A DNA stretch of 64,000 bases from Chitinophagaceae bacterium (GCA_049241265.1 JBMLRA010000296.1:4238-68237); one strand, 5' to 3'; counted from the first letter of the stretch, positions 19,201 through 28,159 are shown. A program made the numbers and translations. The notes: generated by a model not told the origin, from the sequence alone.

Positions 19201-19695
19201 CAATATGGTGCTCCATCTGGAGGATTTTGTGTTGGCAAGCCATTTGTAGTTGTAGGCAATCCTAGTGGGGGAACTTTTATTGCTAATGGTTCTATTAGTG
19301 TTAATCATTTGGGTAACGCAATAGTTAATACTATTGGCTCAGGGAGTTTAACATACACTTACACAAATTTGAGTGGTTGCAAAAACAGTAGAACATTGTT
19401 GGGTACTGGATATACTTGTGCATCAAGAGGAATTAGCAATGAACAATTATCAATTGGTAATACTGATTTTATTATGTATCCTAACCCAACCAATTCACAA
19501 TTTACCATTTTACAACCACGATTAATAGGAGCTGGAAGCATTGTTATGACTGATTTATATGGCAAGTCTGTTAAAACACAGTTGCTTAGTATGGGAACAA
19601 ATACAATTGATATTTCTAAACTTAACAATGGAATTTACTTTGTAAGTGTGATTACAAACGAGGGAAAAACTACCAAGAAACTAATAGTGGAATAA
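16213..19695 (+). CDS. S8 (subtilisin-family) serine peptidase, multidomain T9SS cargo
   Basis: 1160 aa with a signal peptide. The catalytic Asp is in VGVYDTGID, the His in HGTHVTGTAAG, the oxyanion Asn in AAGNDN and the Ser in SGTSMATPEVAG. Downstream come a repeat region, Ig-like segments and a C-terminal YPNP...GIYFVSV...KLIVE sorting domain. Confidence 0.9.
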   Translation: MKKNIIIVLLILSFSNLLGQNNKIAPAFKYLLTHPYNAETAASYPALYHTETVNGLDATTGLYAPGYMCIIYTTNPTALIKKGIVIQSVLPKFVTAWIQLHQITSIAAMEDVKYIDAPKVIMPSNDISVGTSGAALLHSGNLNNTTYKGDGVIVGVYDTGIDWLHLDFRSPSDTTKSRILRIWDHTITPINSEISPTGFTYGVEYTQTQINDELDGTPTGFVRERDYNQHGTHVTGTAAGNGASLASRKFSGIAPNADIVVVKGGNSFFNYPSQIDAMTYFKNIANFYNKPLVVNMSIGGQFGAHDGTAPNEVAVDNFSNSGDGRVAVIAAGNDNGKTFHKRLALNSNSNGNIIINLPAASGTTAVDLFQFSLYVNDTSAVTATLTDPNGGMIVTNPNQNIIAPAMNNNATVYFDNEIDIESGDRLINVYITRKTASTNASGTWTLNINNISTNNITMDGWLNFRGADYGSTSIAGADGNYQIHSPGCANSAITVASYVGKLDWYSTSTTSPGGYAFSGTQQDNISTFSSIGPRRDDVLKPTIAANGQGVISCTSLNAAISLSSTSVVVANKYHILSGTSMATPEVAGCVALLLQVKNNATYNEIKNAITNTATKDIFTTSSNNPIWGYGKIDVFSAASTLATCTTFKRATYSYDSSTTSSNNSSFSLGAAKAATRFTPTINGKLGGVYFKTGTAIPTNGFTIEVRTNSSGNPATLLGSMSIATSSIAKFSWNYYDVSSLNITVTNGTDYFVVLVPGTGDSWNLGYENLSNSGRSFYSNGASWTAYNDFRIRTVIYDNSVPSNSSTTNLRICNSELPYNWNGLTFTNAGSQTAHLTNIAGCDSAATLNLLVKVNSSSSTNLTINSTQLPYSWNGLIFTVAGSQTAHLINALGCDSAASLNLSVNTNIALAITGPNSVCVNSSITLNTNIAGGVWSSVAGRATVSALGVVTGTSAGTATITYVVTNNGVVKSASYNVVVNGIPAVPLIAYAAGSNNPQYGAPSGGFCVGKPFVVVGNPSGGTFIANGSISVNHLGNAIVNTIGSGSLTYTYTNLSGCKNSRTLLGTGYTCASRGISNEQLSIGNTDFIMYPNPTNSQFTILQPRLIGAGSIVMTDLYGKSVKTQLLSMGTNTIDISKLNNGIYFVSVITNEGKTTKKLIVE
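18622..18930 (+). repeat. In-frame tandem duplication of a 51-aa module inside the S8 protease
   Basis: The two copies are SSTTNLRICNSELPYNWNGLTFTNAGSQTAHLTNIAGCDSAATLNLLVKVN and SSSTNLTINSTQLPYSWNGLIFTVAGSQTAHLINALGCDSAASLNLSVNTN. My hand count gives 35 of 51 residues identical. Confidence 0.8.
19465..19692 (+). other. T9SS type A C-terminal sorting domain of the S8 protease
   Basis: DFIMYPNPTNSQFTI...DLYGKSVKTQ...NGIYFVSVITNEGKTTKKLIVE matches the Por_Secre_tail pattern. Confidence 0.8.
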
Positions 19696-19761
19696 TTTGC
19701 TTTTTACTTGTTCTAGAATAATTAGCCAATCAAATTAAAATGATAAAAAGTTTTGCTCTAT

Positions 19762-19799
19762 GATAACATAAATATCGCAGATATTATCTATGTTATCTG
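19762..19799. repeat. Imperfect 38-nt palindrome / hairpin in a convergent intergenic region
   Basis: GATAACATAAATATC-gca-GATATT(atc)TATGTTATC forms 15 bp of pairing with a 3-nt bulge. No T-run follows it. Confidence 0.4.
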
Positions 19800-19865
19800 C
19801 TAAGTCTGTGAGAAAAAACATATAACATAATTCTGCTAGACTAGATATTCCATTTTAAACCCCAT

Positions 19866-19900
19866 AAAAAAAGTGTCACCGTATTAAAATGACACTTTTT
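19866..19900. terminator. Bidirectional rho-independent terminator
   Basis: AAAAAAGTGTCA ... TGACACTTTTT: a 6-bp GC-containing core with an A/T extension, with an A-run on one side and a T-run on the other. It sits between convergent genes. Confidence 0.6.
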
Positions 19901-19905
19901 CATAT

Positions 19906-20730
19906 TTATTTTCTCATTACCGTTGGGTAATGATCTATTGTTTCAAAAACATATCTAGGATCTTTCTTTAAAACACTTATAAATTTACTTAGAGAATCAG
20001 CATATTGTGGCTTTGCAAACAATCTGTCGTGAGATAAAATTACCAAACAGTTTTGTTCATATAAATATCCGCTTTCAAATTTATCATTCACTTTTTTAAG
20101 CATCTCCTCAACCGATTCTTTTGGTGCAGATTTGTTCTGATTCCATTCTATATCCCATCCCACAACTTTATAGCCTAGAGCATCTAGTTTTTTACAAACT
20201 TCTAATGTAGATTTAGGACCTTGTATTTTGCCATTGCTTACCCAAGAATTATTACCAGGCAATCGAATTATTTTAACACCAATCTGCAATTCTTTTTCAT
20301 TTTTTACAAAATCTGCAACAGCACTGTCTGGGCGTTTATAAAATAATGAATAGTTATCTCTACCATCAATTTTGGCGTGAGACCAGCTGTGATTTGCCAT
20401 TAAAAATTCAGGATAAGCATTTCTTAAAGAATCTACAATTCGTGTTTTATGTGGCCCAACTTGATTACCACCCACCACAAAAAATGTAGCTTTTACGCCT
20501 TGTTGGTGAAACACAGATTTTGAAACTGTAGTGCCTGGAGGTTGAGGTGAATCGTCCCAAGTTAAATAAATATAGCGTTTACTGCTATCAAGTTTTATTG
20601 CATCACCAGGTTTAGGTGCTACTACTGCCACTACTGAATCTTTTTTTACTCCTGGAGCCGTTGGTTTGTTTTTACAAGAAGTTAACACACCAATTATACC
20701 TAACCCCAAAACTATCTTAACTGTATTCAT
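19906..20730 (-). CDS. Polysaccharide deacetylase (NodB-homology) lipoprotein
   Basis: Lipobox LTSC, then NodB motif 1 YLTWDDSP, a His motif NHSWSH, and later RLPG and ILSHD. Confidence 0.8.
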   Translation of the reverse strand: MNTVKIVLGLGIIGVLTSCKNKPTAPGVKKDSVVAVVAPKPGDAIKLDSSKRYIYLTWDDSPQPPGTTVSKSVFHQQGVKATFFVVGGNQVGPHKTRIVDSLRNAYPEFLMANHSWSHAKIDGRDNYSLFYKRPDSAVADFVKNEKELQIGVKIIRLPGNNSWVSNGKIQGPKSTLEVCKKLDALGYKVVGWDIEWNQNKSAPKESVEEMLKKVNDKFESGYLYEQNCLVILSHDRLFAKPQYADSLSKFISVLKKDPRYVFETIDHYPTVMRK

Positions 20731-20898
20731 ATTTTCAAATATTAATTATGATTATATCAAATGTAAACTGAAAGCAGAAAGACGTTTTAGAAAAAATGAG
20801 TAGTTGAAAACTTTATTAGTATTAAGATTTTAAACACATATCCGAATAAGGCATAATCAAATTTGTGAAATACAAATACTGCTAAATTCATTTCATCT

Positions 20899-20906
20899 TA
20901 TGTTTG
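20899..20906 (+). promoter_or_regulatory. Candidate Bacteroidota -7 promoter box (TAnnTTTG)
   Basis: TATGTTTG, 37 nt upstream of the ATG at 20943. This is motif match only. Confidence 0.35.
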
Positions 20907-20942
20907 CAAACAAATATTATTATCTAGTTAATTTAATACCCA

Positions 20943-22067
20943 ATGGCAAAAGCAAAATCTACAAAAAAGCAAGTAAAAACCAAGTCAATATTAAATGAAG
21001 CTTCTTGGAGTTTTTTAAAAGAATACATTAATACCCCCTCTCCTGTTGGTTTTGAAAGTGGTGGACAAAAAGTTTGGTTAAATTACGTTAAACAATACAC
21101 AGATACCACATTTGTTGATCCTTATGGTACTGCTGTTGCTGTTGTAAATCCTACAGCAACTTTCAAAGTTGTTATAGAAGCACATGCGGATGAAATTAGT
21201 TGGTTTGTAAATTATATCACCGATCAAGGTTTAATTTATTTAAAAAGAAATGGTGGCGTAGATCATCAAATTGCACCTGCAATGCGTGTTAATATTCACG
21301 GCAAAAAAGGTGCTGTTAAAGCAGTGTTTGGCTGGCCAGCAATACACACTAGAATGAGCAATCCTGAAGCTAAAGAACCACAACCTAAAACCGATAATTT
21401 GTTTTTAGATTGTGGTGCTAGAAATAAGAAAGAAGTTGAAGAATTAGGTATTCATATTGGTAGTGTTGTTACTTATGCTGAGGGGTACGATGAATTAGCT
21501 TATGGCAATTTAATAGGCAGAGCTTTTGATAACAGAATTGGTGGGTTTATGATTGCAGAAGTAGCTCGCTTATTAAAAGAAAATAATAAGACTTTGCCTT
21601 TTGGTTTATATGTTGTTAATGCAGTGCAAGAAGAAATAGGTTTACGTGGTGCAGAAATGATTGCACGAAGAATTAAACCAGATATTGCAATAATAACAGA
21701 TGTTACACATGATACCCAAACCCCAATGATTAGCAAAATTATTGAAGGAGATGTGGCTTGTGGTAAAGGCCCTAGTCCTTGTTATGGCCCAGCTGTGCAT
21801 AATAAATTATTGGCATTTGTTCAAGACATTGCTGATAAGAAAAAAATTCCTTTACAAATGAGAACTGTGAGTCGTAGCACAGGAACTGATACTGATAGTT
21901 TTGCCTATGCAAATGATGGTTGTCCAAGTGTTTTAATCTCTATTCCTTTGCGTTATATGCATACCACTGTTGAAATGTTGCATAAAGATGATATTGAAAG
22001 CACTATCAAATTAATGTATGAAACTTTATTAGCATTAAGCCCAAAAACAAATTTGAGCTATTTATAA
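20943..22067 (+). CDS. M42 family metallopeptidase (glutamyl aminopeptidase / FrvX-like)
   Basis: 374 aa with the metal-ligand contexts IEAHADEI, GRAFDNRIGG and VQEEIGLRGA plus ITDVTHD. These are typical of M42 peptidases. Confidence 0.85.
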   Translation: MAKAKSTKKQVKTKSILNEASWSFLKEYINTPSPVGFESGGQKVWLNYVKQYTDTTFVDPYGTAVAVVNPTATFKVVIEAHADEISWFVNYITDQGLIYLKRNGGVDHQIAPAMRVNIHGKKGAVKAVFGWPAIHTRMSNPEAKEPQPKTDNLFLDCGARNKKEVEELGIHIGSVVTYAEGYDELAYGNLIGRAFDNRIGGFMIAEVARLLKENNKTLPFGLYVVNAVQEEIGLRGAEMIARRIKPDIAIITDVTHDTQTPMISKIIEGDVACGKGPSPCYGPAVHNKLLAFVQDIADKKKIPLQMRTVSRSTGTDTDSFAYANDGCPSVLISIPLRYMHTTVEMLHKDDIESTIKLMYETLLALSPKTNLSYL

Positions 22068-22208
22068 AATCTATAAACAAGTTTTTTGTCGATAAATATT
22101 CTTTTGCTTGTTATTGTGTAAATTTTCTATGTTAGAAAAAAGTTATGTTACAATTAACAAAATGTAATTTCAATCATTAATATTGTAAACGAAAGCAATC
22201 ATTCATCA

Positions 22209-23039
22209 ATGAGTTATTCAGCACAACAAATTCGCGTTGCAATTCTTGATTTATACGAAGGTCACGAAAATCAAGGAATGCGTTGCCTTAGAGAAATCAT
22301 CAATCAATGGGGAGAGTCAAATGAACTTGACATTGAATGTGACGAATTTGACGTTAGAAGAGAGAATGCTGTTCCTGATTTAACCTACGATATTTTTATT
22401 TCAAGTGGTGGTCCAGGTTCTCCTATCGACAGTGTGGATACAGAATGGGAAAAACAATATTTTACTTGGTTAAAATCTGTAGAGCAATACAATGCAGATG
22501 TTATGAACAGTAATAAAAAGAGAGTGTTCTTTATTTGTCATAGCTTTCAGTTGGCTTGCAGATATTACAATATTGGAAATGTTTGTAAAAGAGTATCTAC
22601 ATCATTTGGTGTATTCCCTATTCATACAATTGGTAATGCCGAGAATGAATTAGTATTCGAAGGTTTAAATAACCCATTTTATGTTGTGGATAGTAGAGAC
22701 TGGCAAGTAATAGAGCCCAACTACGATGTAATAAAATCAATGGGTGCAGAGATTTTGGCAATTGAAAAAAACAGACCACACGTACCTTATGAAAGAGCTA
22801 TTATGGCTGTAAGGTTTAATGAATATTTTATTGGTACACAATTTCATCCTGAGGCTGATGCTGTTGGTATGAGAATGTATTTATTGCGTGAGGATAAAAA
22901 AGAAAACGTTATTAAAAACCATAGTGAAGCCAAATGGCAAAGTATGGTTGATCAATTACAAGACCCCGAGAAAATTTTATATACTCACAGCCACATCTTG
23001 CCCAACTTCCTCAATTTAGCTATTGGAGAAATGGCCTAA
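22209..23039 (+). CDS. Class I glutamine amidotransferase-like protein
   Basis: 276 aa with a nucleophile elbow FFICHSFQL (Cys) and a distal FHPE motif, as in the GATase1 fold. The substrate is unknown. Confidence 0.65.
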   Translation: MSYSAQQIRVAILDLYEGHENQGMRCLREIINQWGESNELDIECDEFDVRRENAVPDLTYDIFISSGGPGSPIDSVDTEWEKQYFTWLKSVEQYNADVMNSNKKRVFFICHSFQLACRYYNIGNVCKRVSTSFGVFPIHTIGNAENELVFEGLNNPFYVVDSRDWQVIEPNYDVIKSMGAEILAIEKNRPHVPYERAIMAVRFNEYFIGTQFHPEADAVGMRMYLLREDKKENVIKNHSEAKWQSMVDQLQDPEKILYTHSHILPNFLNLAIGEMA

Positions 23040-23049
23040 AAATAGAATT

Positions 23050-23781
23050 ATGGAACTAGATATTTTAGCATTTGGAGTGCATCCTGATGATATTGAATTA
23101 GGCTGTGCAGGTACTATAATGGCTGCAATTGCAGAAGGTAAAAAAGTTGGAATAGTAGATTTAACACAAGGAGAATTAGGAACAAGAGGAACCGCAGAAA
23201 CCAGAAAAGTTGAGGCTGAAGACGCAGCCAAAGTGATGGGAGTTGCAGTTAGAGAAAATCTTAAAATGGCTGACGGCTTTTTTACTAATGACGAGGCCCA
23301 TCAACGAAAAATTATACAAGTAATTAGAAAATACAAGCCCAACATTATATTATCAAATGCACCAGAGGACAGGCATCCAGACCATGGCAGGAGTTCAAAA
23401 CTTGTTTCTGATGCTGCATTTTTAAGTGGATTAAGGAAAATAGAAACACAGGACGAAAATGGCAATTTGCAGCAACAACATCGCCCTGCTTATGTTTTTC
23501 ATTACATACAAGACAGGTTTATACAACCCGATTTTGCAATAGACATTACTGCTTTTCACGATAGAAAAATTGAGTCAATTATGTGTTATAAAACACAGTT
23601 CTACAATGAATCTTTAAATGAACCTCAAACGTATATTTCATCTCCACAATTTTTAGAAACAGTTAAAGCACGTGCTATGATGCTAGGCAAAAGAATTGGA
23701 GTAATGTATGCCGAAGGTTTTATTAGCGAAAAACTTTTAGGTATCAAAGGCTTCGATTCTATAGTTGCAAATGCTACTTAG
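23050..23781 (+). CDS. bshB1: PIG-L/LmbE family N-acetylglucosaminyl deacetylase, likely bacillithiol biosynthesis BshB1
   Basis: ILAFGVHPDDIELGCAGT and EDRHPDHGR are zinc-binding LmbE motifs. The track start at 23023 overlaps the upstream gene. The ATG at 23050 gives MELDILAFG, the usual family N-terminus. Confidence 0.75.
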   Translation: MELDILAFGVHPDDIELGCAGTIMAAIAEGKKVGIVDLTQGELGTRGTAETRKVEAEDAAKVMGVAVRENLKMADGFFTNDEAHQRKIIQVIRKYKPNIILSNAPEDRHPDHGRSSKLVSDAAFLSGLRKIETQDENGNLQQQHRPAYVFHYIQDRFIQPDFAIDITAFHDRKIESIMCYKTQFYNESLNEPQTYISSPQFLETVKARAMMLGKRIGVMYAEGFISEKLLGIKGFDSIVANAT

Positions 23782-23844
23782 TCCGCCTTTGAAGTCCCTG
23801 CGTATAAAAACAATTAAATTCACCTCATTGATTTTATAGAAGAA

Positions 23845-25125
23845 CTAACCTTGTACAGAGAACTTATTTTTTTGTGCTAATAACACCATAACCAAGCCAA
23901 CAAAAAATAAAAATGTAGAAATAATTTCTGCTTGTGTTGGGTGGAATCCACCAATATTGTAAACAGTATTCACCCTAATTTTCTCAATCCAAAACCTTTC
24001 AAAACCATTTAACATAAGGTAAATACCAAACATTGTTCCTGCTGTTTTAATCTTATTTCTAAAACCAATTAAACCAAAAAAGAAAATGGTTGATACAACA
24101 GTTTCATAGAATGGTGTTGGAAAAACTGGAAGTGGCAAAGCATTACAAAAATCTCCTTTACAGTTTAACATCATTACCCCATCATTAACAACATTGTGTG
24201 GATAGGTGTAACCAAAAAGCCAGTTTGGGAGCCAAGAAACTGGTGGCACATTTATATGATGCACATTTTGCAAATTACCAAATTCTTTATAAAAGTAACC
24301 ATGGTTTTGTTGCATTGCATCGTTGAATTGTTGCATTGTTGCTGTAATGGAGTGTCCATTATAATCTGAAATAAAAGCACTGTTTATAATTCCCCAATCT
24401 CCATCTCCAGATACTTGACAACCAATTCTACCAATAGCATAAGCAATCATTAATGCAGGTGCTGTGGCATCAGCAAGATGTATAAATGGAATCTTATTCT
24501 TTTTAGCATATAAACCAATTGCAATAGCTGCACAAATTAATCCACCATAAAAGGTTAATCCACTAAAAGATATCAAACCTTCTATGGGGTCTTTAATAAA
24601 ATCATCCCAATTTTCAAGGTTGTGAAAAATTTTGGCTCCTAAAAAACCAAACAATGCAGCATAAACAACTATATCCCCTACTCTATCATGTGGCCAAATT
24701 CTAATTGTTCTTTCCTCTGGTTTATCAAGTTTAAGTTTATTAACTTCGTAAAATTTATATCCAGCAGCTAGTAATCCTACAAAAATTCCAATTGGCAAAT
24801 GACCTTGAGATGATAATAAAAAAGCTTGAGAATTATCTAATGCTCCTTTAATGACCATTATACCAATTAGCTTATAACCAAGTATAAAACCTAACAAAAA
24901 ATTAATACACAAATCAACTGCTGTTGCTGGTTGACCTATAATAACTTTTTTGTCAGTGTGTACAAATAACCCCTGACCTTGTTTTCGTTTTAATTCTTTA
25001 GTTAATACGTATGCACCAATTATGAATGCTAATGCAACAAAAAAACCGAAAGTATTAAATACCTTAAAAATTGGCCATTCAACACCAAACCAATCCTTGA
25101 AAATATAATATAAGTTGGGGTACAT
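23845..25125 (-). CDS. lgt: Prolipoprotein diacylglyceryl transferase with a large insertion
   Basis: MYPNLYYIFKDWFGVEWP...FGFFVALAF N-terminus, GRIGCQVSGDGDWG and FHPTQ motifs. I prefer the start at 25125 over the track start at 25176. The product is about 426 aa. Confidence 0.75.
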   Translation of the reverse strand: MYPNLYYIFKDWFGVEWPIFKVFNTFGFFVALAFIIGAYVLTKELKRKQGQGLFVHTDKKVIIGQPATAVDLCINFLLGFILGYKLIGIMVIKGALDNSQAFLLSSQGHLPIGIFVGLLAAGYKFYEVNKLKLDKPEERTIRIWPHDRVGDIVVYAALFGFLGAKIFHNLENWDDFIKDPIEGLISFSGLTFYGGLICAAIAIGLYAKKNKIPFIHLADATAPALMIAYAIGRIGCQVSGDGDWGIINSAFISDYNGHSITATMQQFNDAMQQNHGYFYKEFGNLQNVHHINVPPVSWLPNWLFGYTYPHNVVNDGVMMLNCKGDFCNALPLPVFPTPFYETVVSTIFFFGLIGFRNKIKTAGTMFGIYLMLNGFERFWIEKIRVNTVYNIGGFHPTQAEIISTFLFFVGLVMVLLAQKNKFSVQG

Positions 25126-25255
25126 AATTTGTTTACGTTGTATGATTAAGTTTTGCTCAAAGCTACAAAAGAGCAAAGACGCAGATATTATTACTGATTG
25201 TCTATTGTGTGATTATTGCATTTCCCAATACCCAATTCTCAATAAACATTTACCA

Positions 25256-26185
25256 CTATCCAAACTTTTCACTCAAATATCTTTCAGCATCTAATGCAGC
25301 CATACAACCACTTCCAGCAGATGTTACTGCTTGACGATATATTTTATCTTGCACATCACCAGCTGCAAAAACACCTTCAATATTTGTTTTGGTTGAGCCT
25401 GGAATTGTTTTAATATAACCAGCTTCATCCATATCAATAAACCCTTTAAATAAATCACTATTAGGCTTGTGTCCAATAGCTACAAAAAAACCACTAATCG
25501 GCACTTCTACTTTTTCGTTACTTGCTGTGTTATAAATGCGAACACCATTTACTTTTTGTTCTCCAAGTATTTCATCTGTAATACTATTCCAATAAACTTT
25601 GATGTTAGCAGTAGCAAGTACCCTATCTTGCATTACTTTACTGGCACGCATTTTATCGCTACGCACAATCATATGTATATTCGTACAAAGTTTAGATAAA
25701 TACAATGCTTCTTCTGCAGCTGTATCTCCTGCACCCACAATAGCAACCTCTTTTCCTTTAAAGAAGAACCCATCGCAAACAGCACAAGCACTTACTCCAA
25801 AACCATTTAACCTATGTTCACTTTCAATACCCAACCATTTGGCACTTGCACCAGTGCAAATAATAATGGCATCAGCTTCAATAGTACATTCTTCATCAAT
25901 TTCTACTTGATAAGGCTGCTTACTTAAATCAACTTTTGTAACCAATCCGTAACGAATATCTGTACCCATTCTGGCAGCTTGTTTTTCAAAATCAACCATC
26001 ATTTCTGGCCCTTGAACACCATCAGGATATCCTGGGTAATTTTCAACTTCAGTTGTAATAGTTAGCTGCCCACCTGGCTGAATGCCTTGATATAAAATTG
26101 GTTTAATGCCTGCACGAGAAGCATAAATTGCTGCTGTATATCCAGCAGGTCCACTACCAATAATTAATAAATGTGTTTTTTCCAT
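25256..26185 (-). CDS. trxB: Thioredoxin-disulfide reductase
   Basis: FAD motif IIGSGPAGYTAA, redox-active CAVCDG, NADPH motif VGAGDTAAEEA and C-terminal GDVQD. Confidence 0.95.
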   Translation of the reverse strand: MEKTHLLIIGSGPAGYTAAIYASRAGIKPILYQGIQPGGQLTITTEVENYPGYPDGVQGPEMMVDFEKQAARMGTDIRYGLVTKVDLSKQPYQVEIDEECTIEADAIIICTGASAKWLGIESEHRLNGFGVSACAVCDGFFFKGKEVAIVGAGDTAAEEALYLSKLCTNIHMIVRSDKMRASKVMQDRVLATANIKVYWNSITDEILGEQKVNGVRIYNTASNEKVEVPISGFFVAIGHKPNSDLFKGFIDMDEAGYIKTIPGSTKTNIEGVFAAGDVQDKIYRQAVTSAGSGCMAALDAERYLSEKFG

Positions 26186-26286
26186 TTGATGTTTTATTTT
26201 CTAGAAATACGGATAAGAAATTAAATACTAACAATGAACATACAAAGAATTTGAGCAGTAAGTCATTAACAATTAAATTAATAATA

Positions 26287-26850
26287 TTAAACTGTCATAA
26301 TTTCTTTTTCTTTTCCTGCTAAATGCTTTTCTACAAAGCCTATATGCTTATCTGTAGCTTCTTGAATAGATGTTTCAGCATCTTTTGCTTCATCTTCACT
26401 TAATCCATCCTTTTGAAGTTTTTTAACTTGCTCAATAGCATCTCTTCTTATATTTCTAATAGCAATTTTTGCTTGTTCGCCTTCACCAGCAGATTTTTTT
26501 ACCATTTCCTTTCTTCTCTCTTCGGTTAAAGGAGGTAAAAATAGTCTAATTAAAACACCATCATTTTGTGGTGTAATACCAATGTTTGCCATTAAAATAG
26601 CACGTTCAATTGGCGATAACATATTTTTTTCCCATGGTTGAATACTGATTGTTCTAGCATCCAATACTGAAACATTAGCAACTTGATTGATAGCTGTTGG
26701 ACTACCATAATAATCTACAAACAAACCGTCTAACATTGTTGGGCTTGCTTTTCCTGCTCTAATTTTTGTCAATTCTGATTCTAAATGCACAATCGCCTTT
26801 TTCATTGAGTCTTGCACATCATCTAAAATAAAAGAAACATCTTCGTTCAT
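26287..26850 (-). CDS. frr: Ribosome recycling factor
   Basis: 187 aa. LTKIRAGKASPTMLD, LPPLTEERRKEMVK and IRNIRRDA are classic RRF motifs. Confidence 0.95.
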   Translation of the reverse strand: MNEDVSFILDDVQDSMKKAIVHLESELTKIRAGKASPTMLDGLFVDYYGSPTAINQVANVSVLDARTISIQPWEKNMLSPIERAILMANIGITPQNDGVLIRLFLPPLTEERRKEMVKKSAGEGEQAKIAIRNIRRDAIEQVKKLQKDGLSEDEAKDAETSIQEATDKHIGFVEKHLAGKEKEIMTV

Positions 26851-27016
26851 AATGTATTTTTAGGTGGGCAAATGTAATGAAACGGATTATAAAAAAGTGG
26901 TTATCTCATTAGTAAAATAAATGCACTAACAAATGCCGGCTCATTAATTAATCAATCACATCTATAAATAACAAAAGGCCATCTTTTAAAGACAGCCTTT
27001 CATTAATTTTACTATT

Positions 27017-28159
27017 TTATTTCCTTTCTATTGTAGTTTTATCCTTGTTAACTATTAATGTAACGACATGTTTTACTTTTTTCCCAAAAGTAACTTCATC
27101 ATTATCATTTAAAAATGGAATCACTTTTGCTTTTTTTCTTGTGGCTTGTAATAAAAAAACTCCAAAAAAGAATAAAGCTATCTGTGAAAGTATTATGGCT
27201 GTTACACCCATTGGCAATGCTATATAGGTTAAAATTATAAACACAATTGCCGAAGATCCTATAATCCAAGTAATAACTTTATGACTTAATCCTCTGTCTA
27301 GCAGAATATGGTGTAAATGGTTTCTGTCTGGAAAAAATGGAGAACGACCATGTAAAATTCTAATTGTAAACACTCTTAAAGTATCTAAAAGTGGCATTAT
27401 TAAAATTCCAAAGCCTAATGCAGGCGAAGCGGTAACATTAAATACTTTTGAGGCATTAGCATTTTCTATAAAATGAATTACTAATATAGCATTAACTACA
27501 CCACACATCATTGACCCTGTATCTCCCATAAATATTTTTGCAGGTGAATGATTAAAAATTAGAAATGCACACAAGGCAGAAGCAAATGTGAAACCTAATG
27601 TTGCAAAACCGATTTCGCCATTCATATAAAAAAACCAAGCAAAAACAGATGATGTTATAATGCAAACAGTAGCAGCCAAACCATCAATTCCATCAATTAG
27701 GTTAAAAGCATTCATTATTACAACAATTGTAAAAATCGATAGTATATAACTAATCGGGGCGTTTAAGGAATGAATTCCTAAAAAGCCATGCATATTACTA
27801 AGTACCAAATTTGCTTTAAAAACAAGTAAAGCCGCTACTAATAGTTGCCCAAAAAATTTTTTGTGTGGGGATAGTATCATTATGTCATCTGAAAGGCCAT
27901 AGAAAAATACTGTAACAAAAGCTAATATGTAGTATTGATGGTTTATGAAAGTCTCTAACTCCCCAAAGAAAAGCAAACTTATAATGAAACCAGCAAAAAC
28001 TGCTACACCACCAAGAGATGGCTTTGGTTCTGTATGAACTTTTCTATCATCTGGTATGTCATATAATTTGCGGTAATTTGCAATTTTGATAATCTTGGGA
28101 ATTGCGTAGAATGTGATGCAAAACGCTAACAAGCCTCCCGTAAGTATATTTTCGTTCAT
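27017..28159 (-). CDS. MraY/WecA-family polyprenyl-phosphate N-acetylhexosamine-1-phosphate transferase
   Basis: 380 aa and multi-TM. It has the motifs DDRKVH, NAFNLIDGIDGLA and FMGDTGSM of glycosyltransferase family 4. Confidence 0.85.
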   Translation of the reverse strand: MNENILTGGLLAFCITFYAIPKIIKIANYRKLYDIPDDRKVHTEPKPSLGGVAVFAGFIISLLFFGELETFINHQYYILAFVTVFFYGLSDDIMILSPHKKFFGQLLVAALLVFKANLVLSNMHGFLGIHSLNAPISYILSIFTIVVIMNAFNLIDGIDGLAATVCIITSSVFAWFFYMNGEIGFATLGFTFASALCAFLIFNHSPAKIFMGDTGSMMCGVVNAILVIHFIENANASKVFNVTASPALGFGILIMPLLDTLRVFTIRILHGRSPFFPDRNHLHHILLDRGLSHKVITWIIGSSAIVFIILTYIALPMGVTAIILSQIALFFFGVFLLQATRKKAKVIPFLNDNDEVTFGKKVKHVVTLIVNKDKTTIERK

